In this document: positions 20,301-28,691 of the stretch, one piece after another | How positions within the stretch are numbered: position 1 is the first letter of the stretch | Layout: each line of letters opens with the position of its first letter | Origin: an uncultured SAR86 cluster bacterium | GTDB taxonomy: Bacteria > Pseudomonadota > Gammaproteobacteria > Magnimaribacterales > AG-339-G14 | Assembly (NCBI GenBank): GCA_902594855.1 | Contig: CACJNS010000003.1 | Location: 1,289-65,288 of the forward strand | Direction of reading: 5' to 3' | DNA: 64,000 nucleotides | Position numbers and translations under genes: made by a program | The notes under the pieces: generated by a model | Database searches by the model: none | What the model saw: the letters and a program-made list of their open reading frames with translations, nothing else | Told to the model about the DNA's origin: nothing

Positions 20301-20455
20301 GCTGAGACAGCAATAGGAACATCTTGAAGAGATTTTTCTGTTTTTTGAGCGGTTACAATTATCTCCTCGAGCGTATAATCTTCATTGTCAGATTGAGCAA
20401 AAAAGTTTGAGGAAAATAAGAATAAAGCAATTAAGAGGTGATGGAAAAATTTCAT
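17345..20455 (-). CDS. TonB-dependent receptor (TBDR-3)
   Basis: EEIIVTAQK, DRVEVLRGPQGTLFG, terminal YRYRF; more distant paralog of TBDR-1 and TBDR-2. Confidence 0.95.
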   Translation of the reverse strand: MKFFHHLLIALFLFSSNFFAQSDNEDYTLEEIIVTAQKTEKSLQDVPIAVSALSANDLALRQAVRFTDLQLNVPNLSYSETNFGGSSVSIRGIGRLATGISFDQSVTTHINESPWGENTNVATMFDMDRVEVLRGPQGTLFGRGTTAGLVNLVTKRPSVDSGVEGYAGFTTGEYDLQVFEGAVNIPLDDNFAVRAAYTQTERDGFTENLYTPVGGTFDGREHYVGRISLRYDTGNTVIDYMYQEHEEESTRTLRTNYVCTPSANIARGCTLDGEGIGIANPAATYNGILAAVFLESAPLGANTATYTAFGLNDAPRPDNMTLRQTHSDFVPIFDRQSGTHQLTISHDLDKGRLSLNMMNRESSSYTRMDTTLAVEPLLGVKVSDDPLTYVGGLISVDMLDHCVADQCGIKGPTQAERLSGQSGKYVLQTTNRNSFIDGSSNEQLTEYLELKYSSDLDGIFNYIVGINHYGHYEDDSYLTTSSPLTLLGDAQFFVPTTFGNTNEYALEASGLFGELYFDVQDNLRITLGLRYGEEKKINDIVTTTYGQARNVGAFAGVPWLLVDGDLYNCFEGIAGAFGQAPDQAVIGQILTGQASNGCGVGEQETVDLYGVSAQVNAASAALAGGIAAAGQIADPQQQALATGTAYATYFMSVKDLVPALYDRSEDYNKPGWESYQKNKLDYTTTAGRLIVDYAFGDDSLLYASYSRGTKPAGINPPINPRIYEKGLIPANTVEEKVDSYEIGIKSILLGGQMRLNTSLFYNKYTDMQISRILATTTFNFNIDSENYGAEIEMDYVPASAPNLRLDFMFAYIKTKIMDDALTIDPFNIAAEGTKYFDAKNTVYKCIDLFYEGEGCVANTFIADKDLVNAAQAVLASLDAWLPVPGTTQADGHPIYMSRVALSALGIPTTTGVKQSIDGNRLPNTPELTTSLGLSYNFEVGNGISVVPNIYYYYQSDMYVNEFNNDLYGKVDAWDELNIGLTVGDIENQWYFRFFSRNALDEDNITWKYNSTDVTGNFQSYFLRDPRVTGIEYRYRF

Positions 20456-20549
20456 ATAGAGCTCCTAAGAAAGTGAAAGTTTTTTTAAAATAATCATCCT
20501 TAATGGTTGCGAATTATAAAGATCAAAGAATAAAAAACAATTAAATATT

Positions 20550-22589
20550 ATGAAGGCATTACCTAAAGCTAAAAAAGTCAAGAAGGTTTTAAAAAAACAT
20601 AACGACTCAAGAATTGATAACTATTATTGGCTCAGAGATGACACTAGAAAAAGTAAGACAGTTCTCGAATATTTAAAAACTGAGCGTGCTTACCATGATG
20701 ATTGGATCAAAACCCAATCAAGTATTTCTAAAAATTACTTCAAAAAACTAAATGGCTACATTCCTGCTAAAGATGAGTCTTTAAAGATAAAAAGAAATGG
20801 ATTTTTTTATTTTTCGGAATCCCTAAAAAAAAATGATTATAGAAAATACTATCGATCAAAGAAAAAGAATTCAAAGAAAGAATTGATTTTAGATATCAAT
20901 AAATTAGCTAAAAATAAAAAATTCTATCAAGTTTCAGGAGTCTCGCCATCCGAAGATAATCAATTATTGGCATACGCTGAAGATATAAATGGGCGCAGAG
21001 AATACACAATCAAAGTTAAAGATATAAAAACAGGAGAAAACCTATCAGATAAAATTTCCGGAACGGACGGACAATTTATATGGTCTAAAAACTCAAAGAA
21101 TATTATTTACATTAAAAGAGATGAAACGACATTAACGAGTAATCAAGTCTTTCTTCATACAATTGGAACCTCTCAGAAAAATGACATACTTTTATTTGAA
21201 GAAACCGACCCACAATTTCATTGCAGTTTAGGAGTTTCAAGAGATAAAAATTATGGGTTTATTTACTCCAGCCAGACTAATGCAAATGAAGTTCAATTCT
21301 TCTCATTAAATAATCCAACCAAATTGAAATTAATTCTTAAGAGAAAGAAAAAACATAAATATTACGTAGATATTTTTAATAATACATTTTATGTCATGAC
21401 AAACATGGACGGTCAGGACAACTTTTCTCTCAAATATTCTGATTTATCCGTTTGTCATCAATTTAAAAAATGGAAAACAGTTCTTAAAGAAAGTAAAAAA
21501 AGATATTTATTGGATTTCGAAATATTTAAAAATCATATTCTTCTTGATGTAAGAGAAAACGGTCTTCCTCAGATATTAAAAATTAATACCAAAAACAGGA
21601 CTCATGAATACATTAAATTTGATGAGCCGTGTTATGACGTTTCTCTAGCAGGCAATCATGATCCAAAAGCTGATTATTTTTGTTTTGCGTATTCATCGCT
21701 CAATAAACCAGAGACTGTTTATAAGGAGTCTTTAATTTCTGGTAAAAGGTCCGTTATTTGGAAATCAAAAATTAAATGCGAGACAAAAAGCTTAAAAGTC
21801 GAAAGGCTTTCATTAAAATCTAGAGATAACATAAAAATACCAGCGTCTCTTGTTTACAAGGATAACGGGACCCCTTTACATAAAAAACCCATACTCTTTT
21901 ACGGATACGGTTCTTACGGCCATATTATTGATGCAAATTTCCGTTCCAGTATTGTGCCCTTATTAGAAGAAAACTTTATATTTGTTTTGGCGCATATTCG
22001 TGGCGGATCAGAAATGGGTAAACATTGGTATGAGAACGGACGCATGTACAAGAAGAAAAATACCTTTTATGACTTTATCGATGTAACTCAAGGATGTTTG
22101 AAAAAGGGTTTTGGAGATAAAGATAATGTTTTCGCTATGGGAGGAAGTGCCGGTGGTTTATTAATGGGTGCTATAGCAAACGAAGCACCGGAACTATATA
22201 AAGGTATTTTAGCTGCGGTCCCTTTCATGGATGTTGTGACAACTATGCTTGATGAATCTATTCCATTAACAACTTTCGAATACGATGAATGGGGCAATCC
22301 AAATAATAAAAAAGATTACGACTATATGAAGAGTTATTCACCCTACGATAATTTATCCAATCTTCCATATCCGAATATTCTGGTGACTTCTTCGCTATTC
22401 GATTCACAAGTTCAATACTACGAGCCTGCGAAATACGTTGCTAAATTAAGAGATCTTTCAACTTCAAATAACAAAGTTCTCTTTAGAATAAACTTAATTG
22501 GCGGTCATGGAGGCTTAAGCGGAAAGACAGCAGTATTAAAGGAGACTTCGGAAGATTTTACCTTCTTTATAAGCTTAGTGGATTCCTAA
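20550..22589 (+). CDS. ptrB: Oligopeptidase B (S9A)
   Basis: DNYYWLRD, YGYGSYG, GGSAGG nucleophile, EYDEWGNP, DSQV, GH. Confidence 0.92.
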   Translation: MKALPKAKKVKKVLKKHNDSRIDNYYWLRDDTRKSKTVLEYLKTERAYHDDWIKTQSSISKNYFKKLNGYIPAKDESLKIKRNGFFYFSESLKKNDYRKYYRSKKKNSKKELILDINKLAKNKKFYQVSGVSPSEDNQLLAYAEDINGRREYTIKVKDIKTGENLSDKISGTDGQFIWSKNSKNIIYIKRDETTLTSNQVFLHTIGTSQKNDILLFEETDPQFHCSLGVSRDKNYGFIYSSQTNANEVQFFSLNNPTKLKLILKRKKKHKYYVDIFNNTFYVMTNMDGQDNFSLKYSDLSVCHQFKKWKTVLKESKKRYLLDFEIFKNHILLDVRENGLPQILKINTKNRTHEYIKFDEPCYDVSLAGNHDPKADYFCFAYSSLNKPETVYKESLISGKRSVIWKSKIKCETKSLKVERLSLKSRDNIKIPASLVYKDNGTPLHKKPILFYGYGSYGHIIDANFRSSIVPLLEENFIFVLAHIRGGSEMGKHWYENGRMYKKKNTFYDFIDVTQGCLKKGFGDKDNVFAMGGSAGGLLMGAIANEAPELYKGILAAVPFMDVVTTMLDESIPLTTFEYDEWGNPNNKKDYDYMKSYSPYDNLSNLPYPNILVTSSLFDSQVQYYEPAKYVAKLRDLSTSNNKVLFRINLIGGHGGLSGKTAVLKETSEDFTFFISLVDS

Positions 22590-23672
22590 TTTGCTAATTA
22601 CCTCATCAGCGATTGATAGAGAACTGGTTAAACCTGGACTATCGATACCTTGTAAATGAATCAAATTTTCAAGTCCGTGATCACTTGCATTAAGAATTTC
22701 AAAATCCTGACTACCCTCGCCTTCAGCTACTGTCTTGGATCGGATTCCTGTGTAATCTGGTGTTAAACAAGAGGGATCAAAATTTATCCAATAAGATTTA
22801 ATTGAATTACAAAACTCATCCAAAGTATTTTCATCAAAAGAATACTCGATGGAATCCACCCATTTTGCATTTGGTCCAAAGCGAAGATTATTTTCAATAT
22901 CCATTCCAGCATGGATACCGTGTCCATTTGAATTAGGAAGCGGATAGATTAGGTGCTTAAAAGGATTTTTCTTTTTATAAAGATAGTAATGACCTTTTGC
23001 ATACATCACTGTTTTAATTTTTGGTAAGTTTATTTCTTCGATTCTATTGGCGACGTCTTCGGTATGAAGACCCGAGGCATTAACCAAATATTTACATTGA
23101 ATTTTATCGCTTGAATTAAGGGTTAATTCAAAATGTCCATTAACTTTTTTGGCATGTTTTAACTCGGAGGCTAAAACTACATATCCTGTTTTTTTTATGT
23201 CCTCCTCTAAGGCGCTCAAATATTCTGGCACACTTATTATTCCAGACTCGCTTGAAAAAATTGCTCTTTCACACTTTATCTCATCTTCAAGAACTTTAAC
23301 CTTTTCTTTTGAGAGCATTTTTAATGGAACTCCATTGGAATTTCCATTTTTATATAATGACTCAAGCTGATCTAGCTGGTTTTTTTCAGTCGCTACTATA
23401 AGCTTCCCAGTTTTTTTAAACGGAATATTTTTTGTAGCTACATATTGATAAAGCTTTTGTCTGCCGTCACAACATACTTTAGCTTTAAGAGATTTTGGCG
23501 AGTAATACAGACCAGCATGGATAACGCCAGAATTTCTTGTACTAGCACCTTCGCCTATTCTATTTTCTTTCTCAATGACAGCTACTTCAATGCCTTTATC
23601 TGCTAAGGATTTTCCAACAGCTAAACCAACGACTCCAGCGCCGATAACAACAGCCTCTATTTTTATCTCAAT
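22575..23672 (-). CDS. FAD-dependent oxidoreductase, L-2-hydroxyglutarate oxidase (LhgO)-like; non-canonical start
   Basis: The frame extends upstream of the track start (23318) through VVIGAGVVG and STRNSGVIHAGLYY; C-terminal GIDSPGLTSS. Only ATT (23672) or ATA (23666) fit as starts. Confidence 0.85.
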   Translation of the reverse strand: MEIKIEAVVIGAGVVGLAVGKSLADKGIEVAVIEKENRIGEGASTRNSGVIHAGLYYSPKSLKAKVCCDGRQKLYQYVATKNIPFKKTGKLIVATEKNQLDQLESLYKNGNSNGVPLKMLSKEKVKVLEDEIKCERAIFSSESGIISVPEYLSALEEDIKKTGYVVLASELKHAKKVNGHFELTLNSSDKIQCKYLVNASGLHTEDVANRIEEINLPKIKTVMYAKGHYYLYKKKNPFKHLIYPLPNSNGHGIHAGMDIENNLRFGPNAKWVDSIEYSFDENTLDEFCNSIKSYWINFDPSCLTPDYTGIRSKTVAEGEGSQDFEILNASDHGLENLIHLQGIDSPGLTSSLSIADEVISKLGIH

Positions 23673-25311
23673 TCTCCCTTTCTTGAGTGTAATTATCTTG
23701 AAGAGTTCTCATTTCTTTAGAAAGAAGAAAAATGGCAATTAGGTTTGGTAACGCAGCCGCAGCTACAGTTATCAGCGCAAAATTCCATATGATTTCTGTA
23801 TCAATCCAACCTGTACCAACAATAAAAAAAGCTGACATATAGACGATCCTATAAAGAAAAACGTATTTTTTACCGAACAAATAAATTGTGCATCGATCTC
23901 CGTAGTAAGACCATGACACCACCGTGCTGAACGCAAACAACAAAAGACCTAAAGTGACAATGTATTCCCCATAATCGCCAAAAAAACCTTTATTAAATGC
24001 TTTACTGGTCAGCACAGCAGATTTAACTAAAGATTTTCCAAAGATATCCACATTAGATGAAACTAGGCCATCCTTTACAATAATTTCACCGTTAAATGGA
24101 TTTTCATTTTCGTAGATAAGGATATCTTCTGCGAACGATCTGTTGTTTATAAAAGTATAATTACCCTCAACCCTTCCTGACTTAATATTTATTTCTCCTG
24201 AATGAAGGTTGATGGAATTATTATTTCCTTGAAAGAAATCTATTAGTTCTTCCGAGTCAGTTTCATCAAAACTTCCCTCTAGAATAAAAAAAGTTGTTCT
24301 TTCGAATTTGTTTTCATATTTTTCTATCCATGCGCCTGAAGAAAGGATAACCAGCCCGGTGAGAGTACAGATTACAATTGTGTCAATAAAAGGCTCAAGT
24401 ATAGATACAAAACCTTCCTCAATAGATTCTTTCGTTTTTGAAGTAGCATGTGCAATAGGCGCTGAACCTTGTCCCGCCTCGTTTGAATATAGTCCTCTCG
24501 CAACTCCATAATTGAAAGCAGTCGCTATGCTTGCACCTAAAAATCCACCAACTACCGAAGTTCCGGTAAAGATATCGCTAAATATCATTTGAAAAGTAGG
24601 AAGGATATTTTCATAGTTGTAAAAAATCACGCTCAGTGCACCAATAAAATAAATTGCAGCCATTGTCGGTACAATGGAAGCGGCAACCGAGGCTATTCTT
24701 TTTAGACCTCCAATTATTACGAGTCCAACTAAGATAGTCATGACAATAGACGTCGTAAGATTGGGTATGGAAAAACTGGAAAATAACGTACTGCTGATAT
24801 TGTCTATTTGGGGCATCATCCCTGAGCCAAATGTAGTAACTAATAAACAAAACGCAAAGATAATTCCCAACCATTTAGACTTTAAGCCATTTTGCATGTA
24901 ATACATCGGTCCGCCAGCAATAGATCCGTCATCTAACGAGATCCTGTATTTGTGGGCTAAAGATACTTCGACATATTTAGTTGTCATTCCCAGGAATGCA
25001 GTAATCCACATCCAAAAAAGTGCCGCAGGTCCACCGATAAAGATTGCCATTGCCACTCCTCCAATATTTCCGGTTCCAACTGTGCCGGATAAAGCAGTGC
25101 TTAAAGCTTGGAAAGGTGTGGTTTCTCCTTTGTTATCTTTATATTTATTTCCAGAAAAAAGAATTTTCCAAGCTCTGTTAAAAAAAATTATTTGTGGGAA
25201 TTTAAGATAGATAGTAAAAAAAATACCTGTTCCCAAAAGTAAAGCTGGAAACCACGGAGAGCTACCAAAGTAACTATCTATCAGCAGAATTGCTGAATTT
25301 ATCGAATCCAC
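23668..25311 (-). CDS. Na+/alanine-glycine symporter (AGCS family)
   Basis: GTVGTGNIGGVA, GGPAALFWMW, GGPMYY, SNEAGQGSAPIAH. Confidence 0.93.
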   Translation of the reverse strand: MDSINSAILLIDSYFGSSPWFPALLLGTGIFFTIYLKFPQIIFFNRAWKILFSGNKYKDNKGETTPFQALSTALSGTVGTGNIGGVAMAIFIGGPAALFWMWITAFLGMTTKYVEVSLAHKYRISLDDGSIAGGPMYYMQNGLKSKWLGIIFAFCLLVTTFGSGMMPQIDNISSTLFSSFSIPNLTTSIVMTILVGLVIIGGLKRIASVAASIVPTMAAIYFIGALSVIFYNYENILPTFQMIFSDIFTGTSVVGGFLGASIATAFNYGVARGLYSNEAGQGSAPIAHATSKTKESIEEGFVSILEPFIDTIVICTLTGLVILSSGAWIEKYENKFERTTFFILEGSFDETDSEELIDFFQGNNNSINLHSGEINIKSGRVEGNYTFINNRSFAEDILIYENENPFNGEIIVKDGLVSSNVDIFGKSLVKSAVLTSKAFNKGFFGDYGEYIVTLGLLLFAFSTVVSWSYYGDRCTIYLFGKKYVFLYRIVYMSAFFIVGTGWIDTEIIWNFALITVAAAALPNLIAIFLLSKEMRTLQDNYTQEREN

Positions 25312-25313
25312 TG

Positions 25314-25544
25314 CTAAATAGATTTAGTCTGGACGTATTGATTAAATTCTTGATAGCCGCCAACTAACTCTCCATCAACAATAATTTGAGGAAAGGTTCT
25401 GGCGTTTGGAAATTTTTCTGTGAATTCTTCTCGATTGAAATCTTCATCAAGCATGTATTTTTTAAATTCTAAATCCTTTGTTTCGCATATTTGAACGGCT
25501 GCATCGCAGAATGGGCATTGTGGTTTTGACCAAATTTCTATCAT
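25314..25544 (-). CDS. Dithiol glutaredoxin
   Basis: CPFC, TFPQI, VGGY. Confidence 0.9.
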   Translation of the reverse strand: MIEIWSKPQCPFCDAAVQICETKDLEFKKYMLDEDFNREEFTEKFPNARTFPQIIVDGELVGGYQEFNQYVQTKSI

Positions 25545-25568
25545 AATGTCTCCTACATTTATTTTTCT

Positions 25569-26255
25569 ATGATTTTAAACGCTATCACATCAGGCTTCAC
25601 ATTATATTTTAATAATTTTTTAGCTTTTTCTAAGATATTTTTATTTCCAATCCTATTTATTGGTCTACTTTCTACTGCTGCAGATTATTTATTCTCTTTA
25701 GGAGAAGATTACTTTGTTGTTGCCGCATTGATTCTAGTTTTTCAAGTTATTTTCTTGACTCCTCTATACACCGGCATGGCAATCTTAATAGGTAGAGATT
25801 TAAGAATTGGATCTCTAAATAAACTCATAGGCTATGTGATAGTTGCAGCCCAACTAGCTTTAAAGATTTTCATTCTTCAAGTGATCATTGGAATTATGAC
25901 AATCATAGGTTTAGTTTTATTTATTGTTCCTGGTCTTTATATTCAATTTAGATTTACTTACTCGGTCTATTACTTAGTCTTAGAAGGAAACTCTATCTTA
26001 GGTTCTTTAGACAATTTATGGAATGAATCCAGAGAAGTACACTGGTCTTTATTCAACGCAGGAGTTTTATTAACTCTTATAACAATTTCTTTTGTTTTGA
26101 TTCTTTATGCAGTTTTAGGAATATCGTCTCAAGATGAAATGTCAGTGGTTTTAAGTTTTATTGGTAATTGCATCACTATCTACTTACAAATGATTCTAGT
26201 AGCTTTCCCTGTATATTCAATTTATCAATTAATTCTTAAAAAAATCAGTAGCTAA
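25569..26255 (+). CDS. Integral membrane protein (YciC-like)
   Basis: Multiple TM helices with the GLVLFIVPGLY motif. Confidence 0.6.
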   Translation: MILNAITSGFTLYFNNFLAFSKIFLFPILFIGLLSTAADYLFSLGEDYFVVAALILVFQVIFLTPLYTGMAILIGRDLRIGSLNKLIGYVIVAAQLALKIFILQVIIGIMTIIGLVLFIVPGLYIQFRFTYSVYYLVLEGNSILGSLDNLWNESREVHWSLFNAGVLLTLITISFVLILYAVLGISSQDEMSVVLSFIGNCITIYLQMILVAFPVYSIYQLILKKISS

Positions 26256-27135
26256 TTGCAGCAGTTTGAAAATCATAGTTAAGATTTTCATTTGACTGTA
26301 AGGAATTTATCAAAGGCAAAATTTCATCATAAAGATAGATCAATGTATCTGCATCTAAAGTATTTTTAACTTCTTTGGAAATTTGAGCAAATGGAGTATC
26401 ACTTAAAGTTTCTGTGAAATGAATGAGAATGCTTTCTTCAATTATTTTTGATAACCAATTAAGCTTTATAAGTAAGTTATCCTTATCTTTATCTTTGATT
26501 AAGTAGTTGATTATCTCCCTCCCTTTTAATGAAACCAAATCATCAAACAATCCCATGATTTTTTCTTCTTTGTTCCAGCATTCTTCTGGATAATCATTTT
26601 TATTGATGTCGATAAATCCATCATTATTTGATTCAGAATTCAGACTATGAATTTCAGGATTAAGTTTGTAGTGCGTCAATCTGCTTAAAACTGTTGGCTT
26701 AAGTCTGTAAGGTAAAGAAGTGGTTAAAATAAACTTTAAATTTTCCGGCGGCTCTTCTAATGACTTCAATAAAGTGTCTTGCGCAAAAAAATTCAACTCA
26801 TCGGCTCTGAGGATCAATACAATTTTTTTATCGGCAATTAATGGAGTCGAATATATAAAATCTGATGCATCTCTAATCTGTTTAATTTGAATTTGAGTCC
26901 TGTCTTTTGAACGCTCAATTACTTTAATATCGGGATGAGAATTAGCAGAAAATAGATTACAAGAATGACAATCATTGCAGAACAAATTATTTTTTTTGAT
27001 ATCTTTGCACAAAAATGATTGAGCAATATGCAATGCAATTTTTTCTGGTTGTGAAATTAAATTTCCAGACAGAAGAAATGAGGAAGCGCTGCTCATAAAA
27101 ATCAAATTAATCAGATTCTCTAAATCCTTAGTCAT
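26245..27135 (-). CDS. holB: DNA polymerase III delta' subunit
   Basis: C..C..C..C Zn module, HPD, LLKSLEEPP, PTVLSR; follows tmk. Confidence 0.88.
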   Translation of the reverse strand: MTKDLENLINLIFMSSASSFLLSGNLISQPEKIALHIAQSFLCKDIKKNNLFCNDCHSCNLFSANSHPDIKVIERSKDRTQIQIKQIRDASDFIYSTPLIADKKIVLILRADELNFFAQDTLLKSLEEPPENLKFILTTSLPYRLKPTVLSRLTHYKLNPEIHSLNSESNNDGFIDINKNDYPEECWNKEEKIMGLFDDLVSLKGREIINYLIKDKDKDNLLIKLNWLSKIIEESILIHFTETLSDTPFAQISKEVKNTLDADTLIYLYDEILPLINSLQSNENLNYDFQTAAISY

Positions 27136-27136
27136 T

Positions 27137-27730
27137 TCAAAAAAGTTTATTGATAACTAATTGAAGAATTTTGTCAGGCTCTTGTTCAGCATCTACGGTT
27201 ATGAACCTATCAGGATTATCGCCTGCCGCATCTAAGAAACTTTTCCTTAACCTTTCATGGAAATCTATATTCTCTGATTCAAATCTATCAAGTTCATTTC
27301 TCGTAGAGGCTCTTTTCAAACCTACTTCCGGACTAAGATCTAACAGAATAGTTCTGTCAGGTAACATTATTTCTGTTTGACTGACTAAATTATCAATGAT
27401 GCTTTTGGAGATACCTCTGCCAGCACCTTGGTAGGCATAAGTTGAATCAATATAGCGATCTGTAATGACAATTTTTCCTTCTTCTAGAGATGGCTTTATT
27501 ACCTTATCTAGATGGTCCAATCTATCAGAGAACATTAGTAAAAGTTCTGTTAAAGGACTAATTTGTTGCTTTTTATCTAGAAGGATTGAGCGAAGAATTT
27601 TCCCTATTGAGGTACTGCCTGGCTCCTTAGTGATTACGTAGTCAATATTTCTTTCATGAAGGTGCTGACCTAGACCATTTACTAGAGTTGATTTTCCACA
27701 TCCTTCAATACCTTCTACGCTAATAAACAT
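27137..27730 (-). CDS. tmk: Thymidylate kinase
   Basis: EGIEGCGKST, DRYIDSTYAYQG. Confidence 0.96.
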   Translation of the reverse strand: MFISVEGIEGCGKSTLVNGLGQHLHERNIDYVITKEPGSTSIGKILRSILLDKKQQISPLTELLLMFSDRLDHLDKVIKPSLEEGKIVITDRYIDSTYAYQGAGRGISKSIIDNLVSQTEIMLPDRTILLDLSPEVGLKRASTRNELDRFESENIDFHERLRKSFLDAAGDNPDRFITVDAEQEPDKILQLVINKLF

Positions 27731-27761
27731 TCAGTAAAGTTTATCAAACTAGATGATGTTT

Positions 27762-28691
27762 CTATTGATATTTTTTTATAGCTTCTTTGTGCTCATCGTA
27801 TGTTTCAGAAAAATGATGAGTACATCTATCTTTTGCCACGAAGTATAGAAAGCTATGAATATCGGGGTTTGATGCTGCCCTTATAGCTGATTCAGATGGA
27901 TTTGATATCGGCATGGGAGGTAATCCTTTATTTGTATATGTATTGAAAGGAGTATCTTTTCTTAAATGATGCTTTTTAATATCTCCATCAAAGTCCTCAA
28001 TGCCATAAATAACCGAAGAATCAATTTGCAAAGGCATATTTAAACGCAGCCTGTTATAAATAACGCCTGCTACTTTTTTATGTTCATTAGGACATGCCTC
28101 TTTTTCTAATAAAGATGCTAGAACTAAAAGTTCCTGAGGTTCTTGCAAAGAAACGTAAGGAGTTCTTGAATTCCAGTATTTTTCTAGAAGACCGTCTTGA
28201 GTAAGAATCGCTTCTAAAAAGACATCTTCACTATTTTCAACGCTTGAGTAGTAGTAGGTATTTGGATGGAATCTCCCTTCAAGAGCGTGGATGTTTGTTC
28301 TATCAAATTTAATTCCATTGATTTTCAAGGAAACTGGTAAGTTCGATCTATCAAGTATTGAACTAATAGTGGATCCTTCAGGGATTCTATATTTTCGATA
28401 ATGGGTATCTGATGAAATTATTTTTGTTAAAACAGAGAGAAGATTCTCATGTTTTCTAATTAAATAATCTCCGTAAGTGATATTTTTGTCTAACGATGTG
28501 TATTTAAGGATAACCGAAACAAATGAGGGAATGGTTATATCTATATTTTCTAAGTTATCAACAATCCTAGGGTAAGAATCTCCTCTTTTAATTTCAAAAA
28601 TTAAATCCTCTTTGATTTCAGACGGTTTTATAAATAGAAATAGGCTGAATAAAATATTTATGAAGCAAACTGTAAGTAAAAGTCTTATCAC
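27762..28691 (-). CDS. mltG: Endolytic transglycosylase
   Basis: LEG.FHPNTY, LASLLEKE, NRL...MPLQID, FNTY...GLPPMPI. Confidence 0.92.
   Translation of the reverse strand: MIRLLLTVCFINILFSLFLFIKPSEIKEDLIFEIKRGDSYPRIVDNLENIDITIPSFVSVILKYTSLDKNITYGDYLIRKHENLLSVLTKIISSDTHYRKYRIPEGSTISSILDRSNLPVSLKINGIKFDRTNIHALEGRFHPNTYYYSSVENSEDVFLEAILTQDGLLEKYWNSRTPYVSLQEPQELLVLASLLEKEACPNEHKKVAGVIYNRLRLNMPLQIDSSVIYGIEDFDGDIKKHHLRKDTPFNTYTNKGLPPMPISNPSESAIRAASNPDIHSFLYFVAKDRCTHHFSETYDEHKEAIKKYQ

Noticed and set aside
14005-25311. Impression of more CG dinucleotides, suggesting a recombined segment
   Set aside because: Cannot be quantified by eye, no boundaries or att sites were seen, and expression-related codon bias could explain it.
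27030-27100. Degenerate Walker A in HolB
   Set aside because: Delta' is normally ATPase-inactive with a degenerate P-loop.
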